NCBI GenBank assembly: GCA_964016885.1
Contig: OZ024751.1
Coordinates: 12,214,001-12,278,000, forward strand
Origin: Eledone cirrhosa
Taxonomy: Eukaryota
Direction: 5' to 3'
DNA length: 64,000 bases
Shown: positions 44,003-56,799 of the stretch, one piece after another
How the letters are laid out: each line of letters starts with the position of its first letter
Position numbering within the stretch: position 1 is the first letter of the stretch
Made by a program: the position numbers and the translations under genes
Notes under the pieces: model-generated
Databases searched by the model: none
Told to the model about the DNA's origin: nothing
The model's input: only the letters and a program-made list of their open reading frames with translations

Positions 44003-46590
44003 GTTGTGGTTGTTGTTGCTGTTGTTGTAAACGTTGATAGTATGTGTCTGTTTGTGGTTGTTGTTGCTATTGTTGTAAACGTTGATAGTATGTGTCTGTT
44101 TGTGGTTGTTGTTGGTATTGTTGTAAACGTTGATAGTATGCGTCTGTTTGTGGTTGTTGTTGCTATTGTTGTAAACGTTGATAGTATGCGTCTGTTTGTA
44201 GTTGTTGTTGCTGTTGTTGTAAACGTTGATAGTATGTGTCTGTTTGTGGTTGTTGTTGCTATTGTTGTAAACGTTGATAGTATGTGTCTGTTTGTGGTTG
44301 TTGTTGCTATTGTTGTAAACGTTGATAGTATGTGTCTGTTTGTGGTTGTTGTTGCTATTGTTGTAAACGTTGATAGTATGTGTCTGTTTGTGGTTGTTGT
44401 TGCTATTGTTGTAAACGTTGATAGTATGTGTCTGTTTGTGGTTGTTGTTGCTATTGTTGTAAACGTTGATAGTATGCGTCTGTTTGTGGTTGTTGTTGCT
44501 GTTGTTGTAAACGTTGATAGTATGTGTCTGTTTGTGGTTGTTGTTGCTATTGTTGTAAACGTTGATAGTACGTGTCTGTTTGTGGTTGTTGTTGCTGTTG
44601 TTGTAAACGTTGATAGTATGTGTCTGTTTGTGGTTGTTGTTGCTATTGTTGTAAACGTTGATAGTATGCGTCTGTTTGTGGTTGTTGTTGCTGTTGTTGT
44701 AAACGTTGATAGTATGTGTCTGCTTGTGGTTGTTGTTGCTATTGTTGTAAACGTTGATAGTATGTGACTGTTTGTGGTTGTTGTTGCTATTGTTGTAAAC
44801 GTTTATATTATGTGTCTGTTTGTGGTTGTTGTTGCTATTGTTGTAAACGTTGATAGTATGTGTCTGTTTGTGGTTGTTGTTGCTATTGTTGTAAAGGTTG
44901 ATAGTATGCGTCTGTTTGTGGTTGTTGTTGCTGTTGTTGTAAACGTTGATAGTATGTGTCTGTTTGTGGTTGTTGTTGCTATTGTTGTAAACGTTGATAG
45001 TATGCGTCTGTTTGTGGTTGTTGTTGCTGTTGTTGTAAACGTTGATAGTATGTGTCTGCTTGTGGTTTTTGTTGCTATTGTTGTAAACGTTGATAGTATG
45101 TGTCTGTTTGTGGTTGTTGTTGCTATTGTTGTAAACGTTTATATTATGTGTCTGTTTGTGGTTGTTGTTGCTATTGTTGTAAACGTTGATAGTATGTGTC
45201 TGTTTGTGGTTGTTGTTGCTATTGTTGTAAACGTTGATAGTATGCGTCTGTTTGTGGTTGTTGTTGCTGTTGTTGTAAACGTTGATAGTATGCGTCTGTT
45301 TGTGGTTGTTGTTGCTGTTGTTGTAAACGTTGATAGTATGTGTCTGTTTGTGGTTGTTGTTGCTATTGTTGTAAACGTTGATAGTATGTGTCTGTTTGTG
45401 GTTGTTGTTGCTATTGTTGTAAACGTTTATATTATGTGTCTGTTTGTGGTTGTTGTTGCTATTGTTGTAAACGTTGATAGTATGCGTCTGTTTGTGGTTG
45501 TTGTTGCTGTTGTTGTAAACGTTGATAGTATGTGTCTGTTTGTGGTTGTTGTTGCTATTGTTGTAAACGTTGATAGTATGTGTCCGTTTGTGGTTGTTGT
45601 TGCTATTGTTGTAAACGTTGATAGTATGTGTCTGTTTGTGGTTGTTGTTGCTGTTGTTGTAAACGTTGATAGTATGTGTCTGTTTGTGGTTGTTGTTGCT
45701 GTTGTTGTAAACGTTGATAGTATGTGTCTGTTTGTGGTTGTTGTTGCTGTTGTTGTAAACGTTGATAGTATGTGTCTGTTTGTGGTTGTTGTTGCTATTG
45801 TTGTAAACTTTGATAGTATGTGTCTTTTTGTGGTTGTTGTTGCTATTGTTCTAAACGTTGATAGTATGTGTCTGTTTGTGGTTGTAGTTGCTGTTGTTGT
45901 AAACGTTGATAGTATGTGTCTGTTTGTGGTTGTTGTTGCTATTGTTGTAAACGTTGATAGTATGTAACTGTTTGTGGTTGTTGTTGCTGTTGTTGTAAAC
46001 GTTGATAGTATGTGTCTGTTTGTGGTTGTTGTTGCTATTGTTGTAAACGTTGATAGTATGTGTCTGTTTGTGGTTGTTGTTGCTGTTGTTGTAAACGTTG
46101 ATAGTATGTATCTGTTTGTGGTTGTTGTTGCTATTGTTGTAAACGTTGATAGTATGTGTCTGTTTGTGGTTGTTGTTGCTATTGTTGTAAACGTTGATAG
46201 TATGTGTCTGTTTGTGGTTGTTGTTGCTATTGTTGTAAACGTTGATAGTATGTGTCTGTTTGTGGTTGTTGTTGCTGTTGTTGTAAACGTTGATAGTATG
46301 TGTCTGTTTGTGGTTGTTGTTGCTGTTGTTGTAAACGTTGATAGTATGTGTCTGTTTGTGGTTGTTGTTGCTGTTGTTGTAAACGTTGATAGTATGTGTC
46401 TGTTTGTGGTTGTTGTTGCTATTGTTGTAAACGTTGATAGTATGTGTCTGTTTGTGGTTTGTTGTTGCTGTTGTTGTAAACGTTGATAGTATGTGTCTGT
46501 TTGTGGTTGTTGTTGCTGTTGTTGTAAACGTTGATAGTATGTGTCTGTTTGTGGTTGTCGTTGCTGTTGCAAACGTTAATAGTATGAGGT
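44003..46590. repeat. Minisatellite, 48 bp unit, about 53 copies
   Basis: Unit tgtggttgttgttgct(a/g)ttgttgtaaacgttgatagtatgtgtctgtt. Confidence 0.95.
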
Positions 46591-46837
46591 GTTATGGCTG
46601 CTATTGCTGTTATTGTAAACGTTAATTTTATGCGTGTGTGTACGTTTGTGTGTGTGTTTGTATACATGCACAAGCATGTTTATGCGTGGTTATATGTGAA
46701 TGTGTGTGATTGTGGATGAGAAAAAGTGAGACACAGAATGAAAGAGAACGTCAAAATAAGAGAGTTAGAGCGCTAGGTATGGAGTGTGCGTATATATGTG
46801 TATATATGTGTATATATACATTAGTGAATGTGTCTAT

Positions 46838-47164
<327 letters not shown>

Positions 47165-47169
47165 TATAC

Positions 47170-47310
47170 GTGCAGGTTGTCAGTATCCATATAGAAGAGG
47201 GCTATTTCTCACATGGTCAATTGTATGTAGGTTGTTCTAGGATCAGAATCCCCATCCAAATCATCATATATGCTCCAAAGAAAAACTTCAAAGCATTGTT
47301 ATACTAAAGT
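47170..47310 (+). pseudogene. Helitron RepHel (Pif1-like helicase) C-terminal fragment
   Basis: Translation QVVSIHIEEGYFSHGQLYVGCSRI matches the Helitron/Pif1 motif 'FSHGQLYVA.SRV'. Confidence 0.75.
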
Positions 47311-48029
47311 TCTGTAAATGCTTTCGTATTATCGTAGAATACATTTTTCTATTATTTTCTTTATTACTTTGTGTATTTAGATATTTGAAGAAACATGGGC
47401 ACTAAGATAGATGTTAATAGGCGCCTTATGAATAGGTTTGAGCGTTGCACAGAACGGGGAGAAGGCCTGGAGACCGTTAGTATGTATATAAAGTGCATAC
47501 ATGTATATAGTTTTTATTAGCCGAGAATATTATGAGTTACTGAAGAATTTCTTTCCAAGGTACTTGACAAACATTTATAAGTATTTCTTTTATAAGTTGT
47601 AGTTTTTGCTGGTACTTGGAGCAAGCGTTTACCATCAGATCAATGCTTAATCAGAACTTTGATCAAAAGCGACACAAAGATGACCCTCACGTCGATATAG
47701 AGGTGTACATAAAACACCATTCTCAAATTTATCTTTTGTTATTTCAAATACTATAGGAGATATAAGTTTGAGGGTATTTCTAAAGGAAGGACCCCCACCC
47801 CTTCCCTAGCAGACACTCGCTCGTTAGCTCCAGAGGATATTAATTGGTTGTTGGTGGCGCGGGGTAGGATAATTGATGGGGAAAGAAAGTGTAATTGTGT
47901 TGGGTGGAAATTTTGGTCCTGAAAAATATTCTCAGATGGAACACTCTGGAAACTAATGAGAATTTCGATATGGCATCGACAGGAATTGATGCTAATGAAC
48001 CAAATATGTTGATATAGAACCATTATTAT

Positions 48030-50220
48030 AATTGATGAGGATGATGGTGATTGTGGTAGGAGTGGTAGTGGTGGGAGTGGTGGGAATGGTGGTGGCTGGT
48101 GGTGGTGGGTGGTGGGTAGTGGTGGTTGTGATTGTGATTTTAGTGATGGTGCTGGTAGTAGTGGTGGTGGTGGTGATTTTAGTGCTGGTGATTGTGGGAG
48201 AGGTGGTGAGGATTGTGGGAGCGGTGGCGGTCGTGGTGGCGCTGGTGGCGCTGGTGGCGGTGGTGATGGTGGGTAGTGGTGGTGGTGATTGTGATTTTAG
48301 TGGTGGTGGTGGTGGCTAGTGGTGGTGGTGGTGATTGTGATTTTAGTGGTAGCGATATTAATAGCGGGAGTAGTGGTGATTTAAGTGATGGCGGTAGTGA
48401 TGGTGATGATGATGGTGATAGTAATGTTTGTAGAAGTGGTAATGATCATATTGGTGTTGGTGACAGTGGTAGTGATAATGGTGCATATGATGGTGGTGTA
48501 GTTGGTAGTGTTGGGGGGGGGGGTGATGGTGAATGTGGTGGCACTGACAGTGATGGTAGTAGGGATGTTAATGGTGCTGATGATGGTGGTTATGGTAATA
48601 CTAATTTCTGTGGTGTTGGTGTGGTTTGTTGGATTGTGGTTAGATTAGTGGTGGGGCCGAGAGTAGTGTTGGCAATAATGTGGGTTATTGGGGGTGGCAA
48701 CCAGCTAGAGGGCGTCAATCAAAATTTAGTGGCTGTTCCCTTAATTGGTAGGACTGCACCTGATGGGATTGATGGTAAGGTACTAGGGAAGGGGGTGGTG
48801 GTGGTAGCTATAAACAGATGACACTATTGACAATAAAGGAGACGATGATGGTGGTGATGGTGGTGACGGTTGTGGTGATGGTGATGATGGTGGTGGTGAT
48901 GGTGATGATGGTGGTGGTGATGGTGATGACGGTGGTGGTGATGGTGATGATGGTGGTGGTGATGGTGATGACGGTGGTGGTGATGGTGATGATGGTGATG
49001 GTGATGGTGATGACGGTGGTGGTGATGGTGATGATGGTGGTGGTGATGGTGATGCCGGTGGTGGTGATGGTGATGATGGTGGTGGTGATGGTGATGACGG
49101 TGGTGGTGATGGTGATGATGGTGGTGGTGATGGTGATGACGGTGGTGATGATGGTGATGATGGTGATGGTGATAATAATGATGATAATGATAATGATGAT
49201 GATGGTGATGATAATGATGATAATGATGATGATGATGATGACGAAGATAAATGGTGGTGATGATGAGGATGGGGGTCATGATGATGATGGTGATGGTGAT
49301 GATGTTGTTGATGATGGTGATAATAACGATGATAATGATAATCATGATGATGATGAGGGTGATGATAATGATGATGATGATTACGATAATAAATGGTGGT
49401 GATGATGAGGATGGTGATGGCGATAGTGAGGATGATGGTGTTGTTCATCATAATGATGATGATCATGGGTGATGAGGATGATGATGATGGGTGATGAGGA
49501 TGATGAAGATGGTGGTGGTGATGGTGATGATGGTGGTGGTGATGGTGATGATGATGATGGTGATGAGGATGATGGTGGTGGTGGTGCTGATGGTGGTGGT
49601 GGTGGTGATGGTGATGATGATTGCGATGATAAATGGTGATGGTGATGATGGTGGTAATGATGATGATGTTGATCATAATGATGATGATGATGGTAGGGAT
49701 ATTGATGATAATGATGATGATGATGATGATGTGCGGTGAGGATAATGATTACGATGTAGGTTATTGTGGTGATTATAATTATAGTCACAATGACGATGTT
49801 TGTTTCGGCGGCGGTGGTGGTGGAGGTGGTGGTGGTGGTGGTGCTAGTGGTGGTGGTGGTGGCAGTAGTGGTGGTGGTAGTGGCAGTCGTGGCTGTACTG
49901 GTGGTGATGCTGGTAGTGGTGGTATTAATGGTAGTGGTGGGGGTGATGGTGGTGATGGTAGTGGTGGTTGTGGTGCTGATACTGGTAGTGGTGATGGCGG
50001 TGGTGGTGGTGATGGTAGTTGTAGTGGTGATGGTAGTAGTGGTAGTAGTGGTGGTGCTGATAGTGGTGGTAGTAGTGGTACTGGTGCTGGTAGTGGTGGT
50101 GGCGGTGGTGGTAATGATGGTACTTGTGGTGGGAGTGGTGGTCGTGATAATGGTGGTAGTGGTGGTACTGGTGGTGGTAGTGTTAGGGGTGTTGCTGGTG
50201 GTGATGATGGTGGTAATGGC
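48030..50220. repeat. Low-complexity (GGT/GAT)n field including a 21 bp sub-array at 48850-49160
   Basis: Direct inspection. Confidence 0.9.
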
Positions 50221-50384
50221 ATTTTCACAGTAATGAGGTGAAAGTCATTATTTTAATAGATATCAGCACTAACACATTTGCCACTAAATTCAACACGAAT
50301 ATCATCATCATCTCAACCTCTTCATCATCATCATCATCGTCGTCGTGGTTATGTATATATATATATATATATATATACAATCCT

Positions 50385-50438
<54 letters not shown>

Positions 50439-50462
50439 ATTATACTGGTATATATATATACT

Positions 50463-50512
<50 letters not shown>

Positions 50513-50578
50513 CATTTATATATATATATATACATTTATATATATATATATACATTTATATATATATATATATACATT

Positions 50579-50658
<80 letters not shown>

Positions 50659-50675
50659 TACATATATATATATAT

Positions 50676-50992
50676 ATTAAAATACTAATATTAATAAAAT
50701 AGATGTTCTTTTGATCAATTACATTTTATTATACATATTTCGGATGTACAACAGTACGTCCTCATCAGACAAAATATAATGATACATGGTTAAGATTTAA
50801 TCAAAGTAGTCGAGGAAGTACTGTTGTACATCCGAAATATGTATAATAAAATGTAATTGGTCAAAAGAACATCTATTTTATTAATATTTGTATTTTAATA
50901 TTAATAATTCTGGAAACTTATTTTGTCGTAGAGTGCTTCCAATCTACTGTAAAACTCATTCTTTGATATACTCATTGAATGTTGTTTAAGTC

Positions 50993-50998
<6 letters not shown>
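50676..50998 (+). mobile_element. Inverted-repeat HHR element, family C (arms about 85 bp, spacer about 48 bp, tail to (TA)n)
   Basis: 50676-50763 is inverted at 50812-50900. The tail gagtgcttccaatctactgtaaaactcattctttga is shared with 13133-13200. Confidence 0.85.
50721..50777 (-). ncRNA. Minimal type I hammerhead ribozyme (same family as 13021-13077)
   Basis: Identical to the 13 kb copy except that stem III is ATATGTAT. Confidence 0.8.
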
Positions 50999-51020
<22 letters not shown>

Positions 51021-51027
<7 letters not shown>

Positions 51028-51720
51028 AATATAATTTTATCGAGAATCACATTTCGGCAGGTATAAATTGGCGCAACGAAACTTCCGAATTGTGTTGACA
51101 AGCGATCAATGGATATGTAGATACCAGAGCTATAAACATAAGTTAAAAAGGTCATACAAAACTGGGACGATGGTTAAGAAGACATGAACCACCTAAGCCA
51201 AAAAAGCCAACAAGCTAAACGGGTTAAACAAAATAAGATATGATTGAAATATTTACCCGGACCCTCGGGGAAGATGGTATACTCCGATATTGGGTTTCTG
51301 CGACACCTAAATCAATAATACTGTCTGCTTATAAAAAATAATAATCTTTTGGTATAATGATCGAACAAGGATATCACTTTCTCAACAGGCATTTTGTTCT
51401 GCCTGCGCCAGAGTCTCATAGCGTTTGAAAGCACATGTGAGGTTCGAAGGGGAGAAAACCCCTAGTTTTGGCCAAAAATTTGCAAAAATAGCACAAAACG
51501 AATTAAGCTCTCAAACGAGTAGTTGTTAATAGAATTAAATTTAAAAAATAGAATTAATTAAAAAAAAAAAAAAAAAAATAACTAGTTAATCGGTAGACTT
51601 GGGAGATTAATACAAATATAAATTTAGCGAGAATCGTATTTCGCCTGGTACAAATTAGCGAAACGCAACTTCCGAATTGTGTTGACAAGCGCTCAATGGT
51701 TATGAAGATACCAGAGTTAT
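51021..51720. mobile_element. Element bounded by direct repeats of about 110 bp between (TA)n tracts
   Basis: 51021-51132 and 51609-51720 share tacaaatataa...acttccgaattgtgttgacaagcg.tcaatgg.tatg.agataccagag. Confidence 0.75.
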
Positions 51721-51940
51721 ATGTATATATATAGAGATAGATATAAGAAATAGGAAGTACCTAAGTATTGAGTAGTCTGGTGCGTTATGGTCCATCTGGT
51801 TCCTTACCACAATTCCTTTGTTATATATATATTATATATATATATATATAAAGGTTTACATATATATATATATATATGTGTGTTTTGCAACGTGTCACGT
51901 TGTGGCTCAATGAAGAATTAATAAATTAAATAATCAGAGC

Positions 51941-52443
51941 TATATATCATAGAACATGTCTATAGAATCACCAGATAAGCAACTAATCGCATCCTTTCTA
52001 ACTTGACCGCTGCCACGTCACGATTCTTAGCCATTTTTGAATGTATTCTTGGCGCGATCACTTTGGAAAATTAATTGTCTAAATTTGATCTAATTCCTGA
52101 TGAATCCGAAGCTCTAGATATCCCATGTTATCGGATGTCTTAAAATGCGGACGAAACCATGGTAGAGGTAATTAAATATGTACATTTTTCTTCTAGTTTA
52201 TTTTACACCTAATTCTGTTTAGTTGACTGTATATCTGGTCGATTTATACATGCTGTCGAAATATTCGATAAATACTTAGTCGTAACCGCCGCGAAGGGGC
52301 TGCTTTCGGTTATTTGTCGGAGCTTTCTTCATAGGAGCATTTATTCTTATAGCTTGATCTAATTGATTTTTATATGGTTAATTATGCTAATTGGGAGAGG
52401 AAACGGTATATATTTTATCTGGTGATTCCATAGACATGTTTTA

Positions 52444-52450
<7 letters not shown>
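51941..52450 (+). mobile_element. Element of about 510 bp with terminal inverted repeats of about 35 bp, TA-flanked, with an internal hammerhead
   Basis: tatcatagaacatgtctatagaatcaccagataa (51945-51978) versus ttatctggtgattccatagacatgttttatgata (52415-52448). Confidence 0.75.
52094..52167 (+). ncRNA. Type I hammerhead motif inside a TIR-flanked element
   Basis: ttc-CTGATGA-atccg...cggac-GAAAC CATG GTA-gag. Stem III is the palindrome ACCATGGT; stem II is tccg/cgga. Confidence 0.65.
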
Positions 52451-52482
<32 letters not shown>

Positions 52483-52486
<4 letters not shown>

Positions 52487-52576
52487 CTATCCCCCCAAAA
52501 TGTATACACACTTTGATTACCTGTACAGGCAATATTTATTAGAATGATGATGAAGTATATATACAGTTTTGGGACA

Positions 52577-52583
<7 letters not shown>
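52483..52583. mobile_element. Tc1/mariner-type MITE of about 100 bp (same family), in (TA)n
   Basis: Reverse-complement homologue of 14203-14308. Confidence 0.7.
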
Positions 52584-52631
<48 letters not shown>

Positions 52632-52822
52632 TTTGCTCTACGTTTCTTATATATTTGATATATATTTTCCTTATCGAGCCCTCTTTGGATTTTAGTCTTC
52701 AATTTTATTATTATTACTATATATATATACATATATATATACATATATATATTCATATATATATATATACATATATATATATACATATATATATACATAT
52801 ATATATATACATATATATATTC

Positions 52823-52867
<45 letters not shown>

Positions 52868-52961
52868 TATATATATATATTGATATATATATAAATACAC
52901 GTATATATATATATATATTCATATATATATATATATATATTGATATATATATAAATACACG

Positions 52962-52995
<34 letters not shown>

Positions 52996-53008
52996 TATAT
53001 ATATATAT

Positions 53009-53065
<57 letters not shown>

Positions 53066-53078
53066 TATATATATATAT

Positions 53079-53143
<65 letters not shown>

Positions 53144-53158
53144 TATATATATATATAT

Positions 53159-53246
<88 letters not shown>

Positions 53247-53509
53247 CAATGAGTTATATGCTTTGTTGATGATTTTTCATAATTCTCTAACGTCTAAAGT
53301 AACGGTTTGTTTTATCTGTTCAATATATCCCTGTTAAGGTATATCTTGTGAAATGTTGGGTTTTGCTCCACATGCCCTCTGTAAGCCAAAGTGAATGGTT
53401 TATATTTCGGGTATAACACCATCTTATACATCAAACATTATATTTTATCTGATGAAAGTATAATGAAAATATATATGATGCTATAGTCATGTTTTCCATT
53501 TATTACTAT

Positions 53510-54985
53510 TAATAATAATAATGATAATAATAATAATAATAATAATGATTTCTTTATTGGCCACAAGGGCTGACATCAAGAAAAACATTACAGACGGCAC
53601 AGGACGGTACAGGACGGTACGATGTGGGTATTGTGCGTGTAAATATTTTTATTATTTATATAAGAAAAGAAGAAAAAAAAAGGACATAGAAACATATATA
53701 TACATAAACAATAAAAATCAAAATTGAAACAATGAAAAATTCCCCAATAGGGGGGAAACCTCCGAGGGTTACTCATGGCGAAAACCACACAAAAGACCGC
53801 GGCCACCCTAACCACCAGGGCAAGCGCCCTCTCTCAATTTTTCGATCTCTCAAACTATAGACGCATATTCAGAGTGGTCCCTTTCACTCGGACCATTCTC
53901 GCTACATTCACCCACCTTTCAACAAACTTGCTAGAAGGCAGCACTTGCCTCTCCACCCTGATTTTTCTCTTCAAGTGAAACTTTAAAAAGTTAATTAGGG
54001 ATTCGCTGAAGGGGAAAGTGTCTGTCTTTAACCCTTTTAACCTTGTCCACCACACAATCTCTTTCGCCATGGCCACCAGGCGGATGAAAACCGCCTGCCC
54101 TTCCTCCTCGAAGGAAGACGGCGAGACCATCTGCACAATGGACTCAGTCGACAACCGGATCAGTCCTACATGCGACAGCAACTGTTCGACATAGCTCCCT
54201 ACAAGTCAGCAATGCTCGGGCACTGAACGAGTGCGTGCACGACGGTTTCGTCGCTCTGCGTGCATCTCGGACAGGCTCGGCTGACGGCACTTCCATGCCT
54301 GTAGAGCTTATCTCGAACCGGCAACGCTCCCCGGTAGCACTGCCAGGCCAGGGATTTTTGGAAGTTATCTATAGGCCCCGGGCTGAAAGTTCTCCGGAAG
54401 AGAGCAAACAGCTGATCTTCTTCGACGCCCAGGATCTCTCGGAGAATGTCGTCGCTCTTCCCCTCCACTAGTCCTCTATAGAACGCCGAGGTGGATGTTC
54501 CACCGATACTGGTGCCCAGCTGGCAGAGGGCAGTGACCGCCTTGAGACATTCCAGTTTCCAAGCGCTATCCCTCAGTCTTTTTCTGACCCAGGACTGCAG
54601 CTCCGTCAAGGAGACGAGCTGTGGGAAAACGTGCTTGGCGAACGGCGACCACACCTGTTCACCATCAAGGAACCACCAGAGATGTCGCAGCCTCAGCGCA
54701 TGTTTGCGCATCATCAGCCATGGCAGGCCCAGTCCTCCACGCAACGGGTGTTGACAGCAGATGCATCGTCTGACCATGGGATCGCGTCCCTTCCACAAAA
54801 AGCGGAAGAGGAGGCGCTCCATTTTGGTGAGAGTTGGGCGGGAGCAAAGGACGACGGTGAGGCGGTAGCAGATGACGGATGCGATGTACGCATTCGCCAC
54901 CTCCGCCCGGCCTTTCAGGGACAGCTTCCTCTCGGCCCATTTCTGGGTGAGGAAGGCGACCCTGCTGGTCACCTCGTTCCAGTTT
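53510..54985 (-). mobile_element. 5'-truncated non-LTR retrotransposon (L1/Tx1 clade): ORF2 C-terminal half, 3' UTR, AATAAA and (ATT)n tail
   Basis: ORF 54199-54972 has KW..RKLSLKGR, FRFLWKG, GGLGLP and the zf-RVT CCHC motif (W..YRGALPVRDKL...CPRC...ETVVHALVQCP). It continues after a frame break in ORF 53855-54181. The minus strand ends ...ggccAATAAAgaaatc(att)n at about 53510-53560. Confidence 0.9.
53855..54985 (-). pseudogene. LINE ORF2 fragment (post-RT thumb region and zf-RVT), one frameshift near 54190-54200
   Basis: Two consecutive minus-strand ORFs in different frames with LINE ORF2 C-terminal motifs; no RT catalytic core in the window. Confidence 0.85.
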
Positions 54986-55116
54986 TAGCAAGATTCTTAT
55001 TTGCAACATATTCCTCCCAAAGCATAACAACCCAACCAGGAACTTGGCTTATCAGAGTATTGACAAAATTATACACCTCAACAACATATGTACTTGTCTA
55101 TACCACACTAATTCGG

Positions 55117-55177
55117 ACTGCCTGAAGAGGTCACAGCCAAAGATGGCTGTCACTGAAATATATATAGCAGTAATAAA
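55117..55177 (+). ncRNA. Intact minimal type I hammerhead ribozyme immediately followed by AATAAA
   Basis: actgc-CTGAAGA-ggtcacagcca aaga tggctgtcact-GAAA TATATA TA-gcagt-AATAAA. A roughly 50 nt tail then ends in (TA)n. Confidence 0.85.
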
Positions 55178-55217
55178 CGAAGCTAAATTTTAAACATTTT
55201 GACTTTTTATTTAACTT

Positions 55218-55265
<48 letters not shown>

Positions 55266-55273
<8 letters not shown>

Positions 55274-55460
55274 GTGTTCTACAGAACTACAACAGTTTCA
55301 TTCGTAAGAAATCATCACTCTCCTGATGATTTCTTACGAACGAAACAGTTGTAGTTCTGTAAAAGTAATTTGTATATTAAACTGAATATACCTATATTGT
55401 TTTAACGTATTGAATATCTTTTTTGACAGTGGTTTCCTCACGACTTACATCGGCAGGTTC
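55266..55460 (+). mobile_element. Fold-back HHR element, family D (arms about 52 bp, apex 55318-55323)
   Basis: Inverted arms with the apex immediately 5' of CTGATGA. Related copies lie at 13598-13762 and 46941-47112. Confidence 0.8.
55323..55354 (+). ncRNA. Hammerhead core lacking 5' stem I (truncated by the fold-back apex)
   Basis: CTGATGA-tttc ttac gaac-GAAAC agtt GTA. Confidence 0.6.
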
Positions 55461-56799
55461 CTACATATATGTGATGGCTACCACATCAGGTGTCACATGA
55501 TGATATCAGGGAGAAGATATTCTTCATCATTTGGTATGTATTCCCCTAACATCTTTCGGCTCTTTGTGGTGGTGGTGGTGGTGGTGGTGGGGGAGCCTAC
55601 AATTATTGTCAAATGAAGATTTTCCTGTTTGTACAGTTTGTACTTGATAGAGATTTCTTATTCCTGGAATGTATTGAGGTATATTTCATGGTGGGATCAT
55701 ATGAACTCCAAACCAGCTTTTTACCATAGTTTACTCCCGCTAAGATCTACATTCTTCCTCTCAAGTACACGTGTAAACCTTCTCAGCGAAGCTTTTTTTT
55801 TTTGTGTGTATGCATATATATATATATACACACACACACATGATTATATATAATAATACTAATGATAATATTATTAACTGGAGTATTAAAACTGATTTAC
55901 CGGATTGTTAAAAGCTCAATATCGTCCTTTGCGCGCACACACACACACACACGCACACATATATACATATCATTTTTTTTTTAGCGTGTATGAAATACTG
56001 ACCAATGTACACTACAGCAAGATACGGAAATAAAAAGAAAAACAATATTTGTTATGTATATGTGTGAATGCATAAGAGAAGCAGAAAAAAGAGAAGGGAG
56101 AACCGGTGAGGGAGAAAGTGTGAGGGCGTTCTCTTAAGAAAGGCTACGAGAGTGAGAAAGAGAGAGAGGGTGTGGGTATTGTTTGTTTTTATTTCCTATT
56201 TCCTTCTATCAATAAGTATTGTTATTTTCTTTGTGATGTGTTGTGAGCCTTCAGAATTACTTTGGAAAATAGGCAACTATATGAAAATAACGAGAGTGTG
56301 AGGCGAACGTGGGTTAGGACATTGCTTGTCTACTGACCGCGGGGGCTAAAATTAGTAGTGGTGTTGTGCCCTGGCTATTAACGGAAGTGGCTAACGTTGG
56401 CATTTGTCACGTGTACTTTCAAATGTGACAGGCTGAATTCGTAAACAACGTTTTGGGAGATGTTGGTGAGTGACGGCGGGACTTTGGTTAGTCGGTGTTG
56501 GAAAGGGTGGTACTTGGTCACATCAAATCTATGGCTAGAAGTGTGTAATTTGTTAGTGGTGAGGTTTTGATGGCCATGAGGTGACGGTGGGGTTAGAGAG
56601 ATAATAATTGTTGTAGTTTAATCCAAGTCAGACCAAATCGACAACATTGTCCTTTTGTATAATAAGAAGTCCATTGTTCAATGCAATCTCCTCCTTTCCA
56701 AAGAAGATAGAGTCTTATTTAAGAGAAACGTAGCTGACATTTCTAGCAGCTTAACTGACCAGGTATAAGATCACACTTTGGCTTTTTGAGAGATTTTGT

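Noticed and set aside
43943-46572. Long repetitive ORFs (VVVVAIVVNVDSMCLF)n
   Set aside because: The 48 bp unit is a multiple of 3. In-frame stops and an indel occur, and there is no synonymous-site bias.
48276-50241. Gly-, His- and Pro-rich ORFs resembling structural proteins
   Set aside because: (GGT/GAT)n low complexity is open in several frames on both strands.
54235-55125. Plus-strand ORFs 54235-54471, 54491-54754 and 54631-55125
   Set aside because: They are antisense shadows of the LINE ORF2 fragment.
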